Positions 38,254 through 47,001 of a stretch of 64,000 bases of DNA are shown here, piece by piece (the stretch's first letter is position 1; each line of letters begins with the position of its first letter). Below the pieces are notes generated by a model. It was not told the DNA's origin, did not search any database, and was given only the letters and a program-made list of their open reading frames with translations. Location of the stretch: positions 124,001 to 188,000 of IMG/VR virus record IMGVR_UViG_3300022866_000322; one strand, written 5' to 3'. The translations under genes and the position numbers were made by a program.

Positions 38254-39631
38254 TGTGTGCGTGGTACCTGCATTCTTCCCAAAACTCTTTCATTTGTGGG
38301 AACGTTGCTAAAAAGTTAGTCTTACTACGTTTGTCTTGCTCGTTAAAAAATCTATAAAAGTCTGCACGTTGCATTATAACATACTCTGGTGTTAATTTGC
38401 TACCTTCGCGCATCCAATCTAGAACTCTGTGCATACGTGCTATTTCATAATCTTTAAATCCAACATACATGTTTTCTTCTGTTTCGCGATGTAATTCCAT
38501 CCACTCTATAATGCCCGCTAACCTGTCTGCATACACAGGCGGGAGTATCTGCAAACTTTGCCAAGTTGGCTGGCGCAGTATGGGAGTGTCAAACCAAACA
38601 CGTTGGTATGTATGACTCTGAGTTGCTCGTAAACGCAATATTTCTTGCAATAGATCCTGTAAACCTAATATGTTTAGATTATTCATTGTTATAATAAACG
38701 TTAAACTATTTCGGTACGGAATCTGAGTAAGGAAACTGTCACACCGCTTTATAATCTTCTGATAGTCTGCACCGTATCTGATATAATGTGCATGTTCTGC
38801 TATGCCAGTATCAATACTAACATACTGCATAAAGTGTTCTATGTTGCTGTTACATAGTTTTTCTACATAATTTAAGTATTGGATCCACAACTTTTCATCT
38901 ACACTAAAGTTACTGGTAACATCTATGTGCAGATCAGGCTTGGGAAACGCCAACACATAATCAAACACTTTGAATGTGTTACGATCCATAAGTGGTTCGC
39001 CGCCAGTCATCCTAAAGTGTTTTAGTTTAGGATACAGTTCGGGCCACCATTTCCAAAATGCTTCCACATACGGATTCTCTTCGCGAGCAGGGATAGGTCT
39101 ACGTCTGCCTGCAAAGTGTTCCGGGGCATTGTGTGGTTTGCTGGTTGGGTATGCGCCAAATCTTTTTATTTCGTCAGCCCAAGTACTGCTAAACTGAGGG
39201 CTACAGTAACTACACTTAAGATTACAAGCGTTGTTAAAATTGACTTCCACATAACTCGGTATTTCATCTTCATCGCCAGTGCTCTCCATTATACGGTCAA
39301 AGTGTTCTGCGGCCCAAGGCTCGCCTGAGCGATAATGTCTATCACTAAGGTTACCCATGTCTTCTTGTGTCCAACAATAACTACATTCGTTTGGACGTTC
39401 CTGCTTGATCATTATTTTGCGTTGTTCTTTTTTGTGCTTGGTATTGTGCAGTGCGCTAGGATTATCTTTTAGTTCAGCGGCATCTATTTGGTGCAGTGGC
39501 GGATGATAACAACTGTTGTTCAACCCTGTAGGCAAGTGCAGACTTACCTGTTGCCATTTGGCAAGGCACATTCCGTTTCCAAGTTTGTCACGCATCTGTT
39601 CTGCGCTATTCATAAAAACTGATTTAGCCAT
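38246..39631 (-). CDS. Radical SAM enzyme with N-terminal SPASM/Twitch-like domain (1 of 7)
   Basis: CLAKW..SCYH..CSYCW; CNLKCSYC; TGGEP; VSID. Confidence 0.92.
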   Translation of the reverse strand: MAKSVFMNSAEQMRDKLGNGMCLAKWQQVSLHLPTGLNNSCYHPPLHQIDAAELKDNPSALHNTKHKKEQRKIMIKQERPNECSYCWTQEDMGNLSDRHYRSGEPWAAEHFDRIMESTGDEDEIPSYVEVNFNNACNLKCSYCSPQFSSTWADEIKRFGAYPTSKPHNAPEHFAGRRRPIPAREENPYVEAFWKWWPELYPKLKHFRMTGGEPLMDRNTFKVFDYVLAFPKPDLHIDVTSNFSVDEKLWIQYLNYVEKLCNSNIEHFMQYVSIDTGIAEHAHYIRYGADYQKIIKRCDSFLTQIPYRNSLTFIITMNNLNILGLQDLLQEILRLRATQSHTYQRVWFDTPILRQPTWQSLQILPPVYADRLAGIIEWMELHRETEENMYVGFKDYEIARMHRVLDWMREGSKLTPEYVIMQRADFYRFFNEQDKRSKTNFLATFPQMKEFWEECRYHAHNE

Positions 39632-40560
39632 TACCAGCCTTCCTGTTTCCTAATAACACTTATCTCTGTGGTCATTACCTCAGCATTGCGTAGTGTAGCA
39701 CCATAATGATGTTTGAAAAACTTGCTCTGTTGTGCATCTAGTGTAACAATAGGTAAACCTAGCCGTTTTGTGAGTGCTGTTTCTAAATTTGCGTTATGCT
39801 CCATTGGGTCGTTGTCTTTAACTGACTCCCATAACTTTTCTAATTCAGCAAAGTCTTGTACACGCTTGTAAGGCCAGTCTTCTAACATGGTCATGTAAGT
39901 ACCAAGTCGTGCGCCATACATTGCCCACACACCATTCTCAACATCCATGCCTACACTTTGCCAAATACACAAATGATCATAGTTGCGATTGTTTACTTTC
40001 TTTTCAAACTCTACCAGTGTTGGCTTTGCACCACGATCCAAACACATCTTTACACCTTCTCTAAATCCTGCTCGCCATGCTTGCTTGGGTGTGCCGTTTG
40101 GGTATGTTGTACTGTAGCAGTTGTGCATTGCTATGTACTTGGGATCAAAACAAAACTCCACTGCTGTGTCGTCACTGCCATCACTGGCTTCGTGTGTTTG
40201 CATGTTGTTAACAAATGTACGTGACCAAACACTTAGTCCGCCGTTGCCGTAACGTAGTCCATTGATCGTGTTCTTAGCTTTCCAACGGAATGCGCCACCT
40301 TCGAACGCAGGTTCTATTTCCAACTGTAGGTTAAAGAAGTCAGGATCAGGTAAGTTATCACCATCGATCAGCACAAACCATTCTGTGTTGCTCAGAGCGG
40401 CTGCGGCTTTGTGTGCGGCATCTGACCCTTCTACTCCGTCAACACGATCCGCCCAAGGTACCATGTTCTGTATTTGTATCCAGAACTCTTCCTTCTTTGG
40501 TTCGTCATAACTTAGATAGATGCAATCCAAGTCTGCTATGTCAATAATCTGTGTATCCAT
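39631..40560 (-). CDS. GT-A fold glycosyltransferase-like protein
   Basis: CIYLSYDEP, SDAAHKAAA, FVLIDGDN (DxD), NGLRYGNGG, WRAGFREG. Confidence 0.6.
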   Translation of the reverse strand: MDTQIIDIADLDCIYLSYDEPKKEEFWIQIQNMVPWADRVDGVEGSDAAHKAAAALSNTEWFVLIDGDNLPDPDFFNLQLEIEPAFEGGAFRWKAKNTINGLRYGNGGLSVWSRTFVNNMQTHEASDGSDDTAVEFCFDPKYIAMHNCYSTTYPNGTPKQAWRAGFREGVKMCLDRGAKPTLVEFEKKVNNRNYDHLCIWQSVGMDVENGVWAMYGARLGTYMTMLEDWPYKRVQDFAELEKLWESVKDNDPMEHNANLETALTKRLGLPIVTLDAQQSKFFKHHYGATLRNAEVMTTEISVIRKQEGW

Positions 40561-40900
40561 AATATTCTGTGTTGTTGTGGGTTTCATCTTGCTCTAACAA
40601 TAAGCCTGCGTGGTTCTTTACTACTTGAAAATCACCTTCACCGTGTACCAATTGTCTTTTATATCCTGGGTTGAACACTTTTACTTTTAGTTCACCATCT
40701 TTTACTCGTGCGTACTTGTGCATGTTTTCGTATTCGTCTTGTTCGACAACAATATAATCACCTTCAAGGTGCGGCTCAGTCATTGACTGGCCTACAATCT
40801 CTCCATTGAGATCATGGTATACTCTGTACTCCTTTACTATTTCTTTAGGAGTACCAACCAGTGCATTAACTTCTGCTAAAAACTTTTCAAGCTCGTTCAT
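40541..40900 (-). CDS. Hypothetical protein
   Basis: ~119-aa ORF overlapping both neighbours. Confidence 0.65.
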   Translation of the reverse strand: MNELEKFLAEVNALVGTPKEIVKEYRVYHDLNGEIVGQSMTEPHLEGDYIVVEQDEYENMHKYARVKDGELKVKVFNPGYKRQLVHGEGDFQVVKNHAGLLLEQDETHNNTEYYGYTDY

Positions 40901-41708
40901 ACTGTTCAATAAGTTCTGCTGTGCACCATTCTTTTACATGATAGTGTACAGGGTTAAGTTGATTAATGTTGTTGATCCTGATTACTGGTGGGTCTGTTTC
41001 ACACATAACTGTGTCTGTCCATTTACTTGACCCTGCCCATCCTTGTATGTGTGGTTTCATATGAACAAAGTTGAAGTAATCTAAACTGGGCATTGTGCAA
41101 TTTTCAACGCCATACATCTTAGCGGCAAGTGCGTATATAACATCAGTGCTAGGACGTTCTTCCCTGCAGTTTATCAACACGTTATCTCTAATATGATTAT
41201 AGTGTTTATACAAAGTGCGAGCAAGTTGGAAAAATTCAGTTGCCTCACGTGTAAATCTAAAATACATCATACCATTATAGATGTTTGGCAAGTCGTTGTC
41301 AACCCAGAACTTTCTGTATCCAGTGTCAACAACCACTTGATCCTGAAGATTCCTGCAATGCGTTGCAAGCACAACAGGTTTCAGTCTAAGTGCGTCCCAC
41401 CAGTGATCCACATTGCGTGTGAACAACAAATCCGCTTCTACCTTAATTGTTTCTTTAAAAGGTGAACATGAAAATAGGTCTGGTTCACGTTCCATAGGCC
41501 AGTCAGTCGCATTTACAGTTCTAACATAATCAAACACCAGGCTCTGCTTGTCTGTAATCAACTCTTGTGTAGTTGGGTCCACTGCTACACAATATCGTGC
41601 ATCGGGCATTACTAACTTTATACTAAGTGCTTGCAAGTATGCCATTTTCAAATAGTCTGCACCAATTGCCAGGGTCATGAACCCTTGCTGTTCTTTGTGA
41701 TCAAACAT
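40887..41708 (-). CDS. Nucleotide-diphospho-sugar transferase-like protein (GT8/GT-A-like)
   Basis: YLKMAYLQALSIK, SPFKETIKVEADLLF, YNGMMYF, STDVIYA, HMK, PVHYH; paralogue of the next gene. Confidence 0.6.
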   Translation of the reverse strand: MFDHKEQQGFMTLAIGADYLKMAYLQALSIKLVMPDARYCVAVDPTTQELITDKQSLVFDYVRTVNATDWPMEREPDLFSCSPFKETIKVEADLLFTRNVDHWWDALRLKPVVLATHCRNLQDQVVVDTGYRKFWVDNDLPNIYNGMMYFRFTREATEFFQLARTLYKHYNHIRDNVLINCREERPSTDVIYALAAKMYGVENCTMPSLDYFNFVHMKPHIQGWAGSSKWTDTVMCETDPPVIRINNINQLNPVHYHVKEWCTAELIEQYERA

Positions 41709-42525
41709 CAAGTATTTCCTCAACAAACTCTTCAAACGCATCACTGACTAAAAAGTTCTTGTCCATAATATGTACATTGTGCTTTGGTATGGTGATTGCT
41801 AAATCTTTGAGTCGCACAATAATCTTGTCTTTTAAATTTGTGTCCATGCGCACAACTTCTTGCACCACAGTAAACATCTTCCACGGAATAATGTTCTTAG
41901 ACGTGGAACAATATCCATTTAGTATTGTGTTAGCCATAGCAAACGAATAATCATTGCGATAACTTGTACCGTCTACCATAAACAGGTTTCTGTAATAAGC
42001 CCAGTTGCGCTGTATACGTCCTATTAGATTAAAGAACAGCTCACTGCGTGGGCATTTTCTAAACATTACCACAGTAGCCCACAAGTAAGGCAAACTTACT
42101 TGCCCCATACGTGCTGGCATGGTTTCTGCACTACTGTTGCTGTGTTCCATAACACGATAATCATAGTCCAGTTCCATTAACTTTAATAAACCGTCGTCTA
42201 ACACCAAGTAGTCTGTGTCTATCAGCAGTGTGTTATCGTATGGACTATGTTCGTATGCAGTATAACGACCGTGATTCTTCCACTGCTTTACTTCTTTAGA
42301 TATATGGTCGTTTCTAAAGTTGTTGCCTGTGTAGTTGACACGCACAACATTGTCATAATTATGCTTGGGCTGTGACTCTGTGTCAGTTACTAGCGTGATA
42401 GGCAAGTTGAGATGTTGTTCTACTAACCGTGCAGAAAGGTCTGCGATACGAACATAGTCAACATCAACAGTGTTATGAGCAAAAAATACTACACCTTTAG
42501 ACTCTGCGGAGTCGTCTGAGTTCAT
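41701..42525 (-). CDS. Nucleotide-diphospho-sugar transferase-like protein (GT-A, DxD)
   Basis: SPYDNTLLIDTDYLV, WATVVMF, RNDYSFA, HIMDK. Confidence 0.65.
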   Translation of the reverse strand: MNSDDSAESKGVVFFAHNTVDVDYVRIADLSARLVEQHLNLPITLVTDTESQPKHNYDNVVRVNYTGNNFRNDHISKEVKQWKNHGRYTAYEHSPYDNTLLIDTDYLVLDDGLLKLMELDYDYRVMEHSNSSAETMPARMGQVSLPYLWATVVMFRKCPRSELFFNLIGRIQRNWAYYRNLFMVDGTSYRNDYSFAMANTILNGYCSTSKNIIPWKMFTVVQEVVRMDTNLKDKIIVRLKDLAITIPKHNVHIMDKNFLVSDAFEEFVEEILDV

Positions 42526-42811
42526 TATATTGTTGATGCCAGTCATTCATTACCGCTTGATATCGTTGTTGAGCTAATTCTAAGAATTCTGTTCTGTCTA
42601 CTTTGATTGGATTCTCATATGTGTCTTCTAAATACAGTTCGTCACTGTTCCACGTTGCCACGAATGATATCAGGTCAGGCGTGATCTTAAACAACCCATT
42701 ACCGTATGTCATGTGCAACTCTGTTTGAATGTGTTCTCTTAGTGTGCGTCTGTTGGCTTGATAGTCCGTGGCCTGCTTGATTTCTGCAACTATGTTGTCT
42801 AATTCTGTCAT
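42497..42811 (-). CDS. Hypothetical protein, first gene of the modification cluster
   Basis: 104 aa downstream of a consensus promoter. Confidence 0.7.
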   Translation of the reverse strand: MTELDNIVAEIKQATDYQANRRTLREHIQTELHMTYGNGLFKITPDLISFVATWNSDELYLEDTYENPIKVDRTEFLELAQQRYQAVMNDWHQQYNELRRLRRV

Positions 42812-42821
42812 GGTATTATAT

Positions 42822-42860
42822 AAAAAGAATGGATAAGCATATTATACTGCCTATCCATTC
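42822..42860 (-). terminator. Rho-independent terminator after the structural genes
   Basis: Minus strand GAATGGATAGGCA-GTATAATA-TGCTTATCCATTC-TTTTT: 13-bp stem (one G-U) plus U tract. Confidence 0.75.
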
Positions 42861-42869
42861 TGTTGTCAA
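42841..42869 (-). promoter_or_regulatory. Consensus sigma70-type promoter driving the modification cluster
   Basis: Minus strand TTGACA (42869-42864), 17 bp, TATAAT (42846-42841). Confidence 0.8.
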
Positions 42870-42882
42870 CTACAATTAACTA

Positions 42883-43812
42883 TTAACCAATAGTTACTGA
42901 GCCCCAGACAGCAGACAAACCTGATGCTGTCTCTGGTGCTGTTACGTTTACTTTACTAACAAACTGTACATCAATGTTGTCATTGAAACTGCCGCCAGCG
43001 CCAGTAGCCGCGGCCTCAAGTGTTATTGTCCAAGTAATAATTGTGCCTACGTCACCATTTGCGCCTTGTGTACCATTTGACTTAACAGCAACTTGACAGA
43101 AGTCTGATGTGTATGGAGTGTATGCCGCACCTGACTCGTCGACTCTTGAAATTACTTGGTTACTGGTTGTTAAATCATAATAACCAATGGTTAGATTGTT
43201 TGTGGTCTCAGTTTCGCCTGTGCCTGTACGTCCGTTGTTAGTGGTTGCTCTAAAATCTGCAACACCCCCAACTGCTGTTACCATTGATAGTGCTTGTGCG
43301 CCACGTCCTGTACCACCTGTGTTCGCACCTGCCGTTAAATCTAAATTAAGTTCGCCGCCTGCGTTAAAAAAGTAACGTGCTTGGTCTGCACTAGCAAATG
43401 TTGCTGTGCGGGTAAATGTAAATGTTGCGATACCGTCAGCATCAACTGGATTGTGTGTTGTACCTGAATCTGTTGTGGTTGAGCCTTGTGCGTTAAAAAC
43501 CAAACGATTCGTGTATGCTAGGTCAACGCCGTCATCAACACCAAGTTGGTATGCAACAATGTCACCTGTCACAACCGCAACAACACCTGTGCCTACACCA
43601 GTCTGATGTGTACGCACAATGTTCAGTTTGTTGATTACACTAGCCCACTCAGTGGCGCTGACTGTGTCACCGGCACTTTTAGTGGTTATTGCTGTTTGTC
43701 CGTAGCCTGCATCGCCGGTTCCAACAGACCAAGTTGTGTTAAGTTTGTTTCCCCCATTAATGAGAGTGTTATAATCGGCTGCTGATATGATCCCACCGGA
43801 TTCGTATGCCAT
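42883..43812 (-). CDS. Virion structural protein (tail/baseplate-associated)
   Basis: G/T/A-rich; MAY..G..I.AADYN, GYGQ, ARYFFNAGG; structural gene context; AAGGA RBS. Confidence 0.6.
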   Translation of the reverse strand: MAYESGGIISAADYNTLINGGNKLNTTWSVGTGDAGYGQTAITTKSAGDTVSATEWASVINKLNIVRTHQTGVGTGVVAVVTGDIVAYQLGVDDGVDLAYTNRLVFNAQGSTTTDSGTTHNPVDADGIATFTFTRTATFASADQARYFFNAGGELNLDLTAGANTGGTGRGAQALSMVTAVGGVADFRATTNNGRTGTGETETTNNLTIGYYDLTTSNQVISRVDESGAAYTPYTSDFCQVAVKSNGTQGANGDVGTIITWTITLEAAATGAGGSFNDNIDVQFVSKVNVTAPETASGLSAVWGSVTIG

Positions 43813-43832
43813 GTTCTACTTCCTTATGCTAT

Positions 43833-45488
43833 TTAACTATTTAGTTTCACAATGGCCTCAACTACTCCTGCGCCATCATCTAATTTATTTTCTAATGATC
43901 TTCCGATCACATTAAATGCAGTAACTTCACTCTTTGTTCCTGCACGAGCTAATCCGTTTCCTGCGGCAACTAATCGTTGCCCTTTCTTGATTGGGCCAAT
44001 TACTCGAACTGGTACACGCCCGTTTACTGCAACTGGTGGATGTGTTGCATCACCACCAGCCCCACTGTTCATTAAGTATGCTGCCTTTGTACTAATAACG
44101 CCAAATACATCTTCACTTAATGCATCTGACGCCGCTGTAATTTCTTCTACACCACCTAGTGCAACAACTGTGCCTGCTGGGTATGCTGAATCACTAGCAA
44201 AACGCTCTGCCAAGTCAGCATATTGTGCTTGTAGCGAAACACCAAAAATAGTATTAAATCGCATACCGTTACTTCCCAGGTTAACAGTATTACCCACAGT
44301 TGGGAATACTGAATTGGCAATGTAAATGTCTGTTACGTTAGCTCTTGTAGTGGCTACATTAGCACTAAACAGGTTGCCTGTAAAGCTGGTTTGGCTAATT
44401 ACATTACTCCAACGGTTAGTTATGTTACCTAAAGTATATGTAACATTTGCGGACGGGTTTACATTTGCTGTAAATGTAGTTGTTCCAACACCACCACCTA
44501 ATCTTGTGTCAACATAATTCTTGGTTGCTATACTAAATCCACTGCTTGCGGCTGTTGGATTTGCATAAACTTCTGCAAGTCCTGATGTTGCATTACCTTT
44601 AAAGAAGTTAGTATCAACACTTCCTTTGTTTAAACTGAATATTACATCTTTGTTGTTTGTAAGTCCTTTGACATGCAATTGATCAGATGTAATTAAAATT
44701 TGTCCGTCGCTTCCTGCGCCAACTGTTAGGCCGGAATCGTTTGTTAATGATACTGCACCATTAATTGTTTGTGCTCCAACACCACCGTTTAGTATAATGT
44801 TATCAACACTAGTAGCTGAACTATCGCCTGTTCTAAATATACCCAAAGTCGAGCTTGCGTTGCCTTGGAATGCATTGTTTGCAATTGCTGTTGATAAGTT
44901 CAATCCAGGCTTAATAGTTGCAAAACCTGCAACTGCTGTTGTAAAGTCTGATTCCTTACTCCAAATAGCAACTAGTGTGTTATCGACATAAATTTTTACA
45001 ACAACATAAGTTGCACTAGGGCTTACTGCAACAATAGTATCTGGTATAGCACCCGAGTTACCTGTTGAGCTTGTTGCCGCTGGACCTACTGTAGTAAAGC
45101 TGGTTCCGTTATAAACTTTTAGTTGAAGAGTACTAGTATCCCACCACTGTTCGCCAACTACCGGACTATTTGGTGCGCTTGCACCGCTAGACATTGTTGC
45201 TAGTGGTTTAAATGCTTGACTTGCGGCACCTTTTGTGGTTGCTGTGTTAATTTGCATTAACTTAGTTCCGGTGTCCCACCATAGTTGTCCTGGCAATGGG
45301 CCAGTCGGTGCAGATCCGTTAGCAAAGTTTTCTACTATACGTACAACATTCTGATTTAAGAACGTGCCATATCCTGGGTAGTTTTTACCAACAAGTGTTA
45401 AACTGGTAGTTGTAGTGTCGATAGTTCCATCGGCTAAGCCTCCTGATATCAGCTCTGTACCGTTGGTTTGTGTAATATTGTATGCCAT
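43833..45488 (-). CDS. Tail fibre-like structural protein with C-terminal YADLAE domain
   Basis: N-terminal domain shared with 46998-48119 (GQLWWDT); C-terminal AQYADLAERF..GTVV.LGG..GRVPV. Confidence 0.65.
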   Translation of the reverse strand: MAYNITQTNGTELISGGLADGTIDTTTTSLTLVGKNYPGYGTFLNQNVVRIVENFANGSAPTGPLPGQLWWDTGTKLMQINTATTKGAASQAFKPLATMSSGASAPNSPVVGEQWWDTSTLQLKVYNGTSFTTVGPAATSSTGNSGAIPDTIVAVSPSATYVVVKIYVDNTLVAIWSKESDFTTAVAGFATIKPGLNLSTAIANNAFQGNASSTLGIFRTGDSSATSVDNIILNGGVGAQTINGAVSLTNDSGLTVGAGSDGQILITSDQLHVKGLTNNKDVIFSLNKGSVDTNFFKGNATSGLAEVYANPTAASSGFSIATKNYVDTRLGGGVGTTTFTANVNPSANVTYTLGNITNRWSNVISQTSFTGNLFSANVATTRANVTDIYIANSVFPTVGNTVNLGSNGMRFNTIFGVSLQAQYADLAERFASDSAYPAGTVVALGGVEEITAASDALSEDVFGVISTKAAYLMNSGAGGDATHPPVAVNGRVPVRVIGPIKKGQRLVAAGNGLARAGTKSEVTAFNVIGRSLENKLDDGAGVVEAIVKLNS

Positions 45489-45537
45489 TTTAAGTTTTCC
45501 TCAACTTTATTATTTATGCGTATTTAAAACTGTGGTG

Positions 45538-47001
45538 CTAAGAACTGTACGCTCTCACAACAGTGCCATATTCACCGCTTACTGCTGCCAATGCGCCTTG
45601 CGTTTGGCCAGCATCTTCTACTTTTCTCCATGTGCCGTCAACCTTTACTTGCACGTCGTTAATACTTTTCCATGCACCACTTACTTTAACAAAGGCGTCT
45701 GTGACCTGTTTCCAATTTCCACTTACTCTAGTAGAGAACAAGCCTACTGGTGCTATTTCTAAAACTATCAATCCATTTTGTCCGTTGCCGCCCCCGCGAG
45801 CACCTCCGCCTGCAAATCCTGATTTGTAATACAATGTACCAACACCGGTTGATGCACTGTTGGCTGGTAAGTTGCCTCCTGTTTTACCAGGGTTGGCTGG
45901 CACATCCGGAATACTGCCAGTGGGAATAGGGCCCTCGCGACTGGGACGAGAGAAGGTAAGTGTGTTACCGCTACCGCCTGTGCCACCAGGGTATCCACCA
46001 CCACCTGCGCCACCACCGCCACCATCGGGAACACCTTTATCTTGGCCGTTCATTCCCCTATAGTCTGATGGTGTTGCACCTATAACATTGTTACCAATTG
46101 ATGCATTAGGGTCGGTTGCTGGAAACAACCCTGCGCCGCCACCTCCACCACCACCTCCGGCTATTAATATAGGAGTATTGTTGAGAAGCACAACCGAGGC
46201 TCCCCCACCGCCACCTCCGGTTCCTGATGCTCCATTAAAGCCTGACCTTCCACCTGTGCCACCGTTGAGTGATAGTGTAGAATTACTGCTTATGTTTGTT
46301 CTAGCATCGCCGGCGGCGCCGCCAGGACTCTGACCTCTCGGCTGATTGCCAGGACCGCCTTTACCGCCTTCGCCAACTACTACTTCTAGTGTATCACCTG
46401 ATGTTGTCGTAAAGGTTAATGTATTGTACAGTCCCGGTGACCCAACACCACCGCTAACAGAAGCATCATTGCCGCCGCCTCCACCGGCACCACCCCATAT
46501 GTGGGCTGTAATAGTTGCCGCATACGGAAGGACGGCCTGATATCTTCCACTGGGAATCGCCGTAACAGTTAAGTTATCTTTAAGGTTAAAATTGTTTCCG
46601 CCTACAGGTGCTGTCACTGTTGCGGCAAGTCCGGCCGCTCCACTGGTATTAGTTACTTGCCAACTAAGCAAATACTGTGTGCCTGCAACAAATGTTACTG
46701 TGTCTGAAGATGTACTTTGTGGATTGCTACCTGCTAGAACTTGTTCACCAGTAAAAGTCCCGCCAGTGATTGCCCACGAAAAACTGTCATCGCATGATGC
46801 TTGTAATGTGTGTGTCCCGGATGTATTTGGTATGTAGTATCTTGAAATTGTATATGTTACTGTCGTGTTACTATAGTCACGCCATACTGCATTGTTGTTT
46901 AAAAATGTGGGCCAAGAAGCATCACTTCGTAATACCAGATTAGTACGGCCTTGGGGGGAAGGATCAACTACAAATTCTTTAACAGTTAACCTAGTACTCA
47001 T
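45538..47001 (-). CDS. Glycine-rich tail fibre/receptor-binding-like protein
   Basis: PA14-like segment (LQASCDDSF), WGGAGGGGG...GGGGG Gly-rich domain, C-terminal (V)KV.G.W repeats. Confidence 0.55.
   Translation of the reverse strand: MSTRLTVKEFVVDPSPQGRTNLVLRSDASWPTFLNNNAVWRDYSNTTVTYTISRYYIPNTSGTHTLQASCDDSFSWAITGGTFTGEQVLAGSNPQSTSSDTVTFVAGTQYLLSWQVTNTSGAAGLAATVTAPVGGNNFNLKDNLTVTAIPSGRYQAVLPYAATITAHIWGGAGGGGGNDASVSGGVGSPGLYNTLTFTTTSGDTLEVVVGEGGKGGPGNQPRGQSPGGAAGDARTNISSNSTLSLNGGTGGRSGFNGASGTGGGGGGASVVLLNNTPILIAGGGGGGGGAGLFPATDPNASIGNNVIGATPSDYRGMNGQDKGVPDGGGGGAGGGGYPGGTGGSGNTLTFSRPSREGPIPTGSIPDVPANPGKTGGNLPANSASTGVGTLYYKSGFAGGGARGGGNGQNGLIVLEIAPVGLFSTRVSGNWKQVTDAFVKVSGAWKSINDVQVKVDGTWRKVEDAGQTQGALAAVSGEYGTVVRAYSS

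Noticed and set aside
45860-46540. Pro-rich plus-strand ORFs and GC-rich low-complexity DNA
   Set aside because: Reverse complement of the Gly-rich domain of 45538-47001; not a repeat element, and no Gly-X-Y collagen period.
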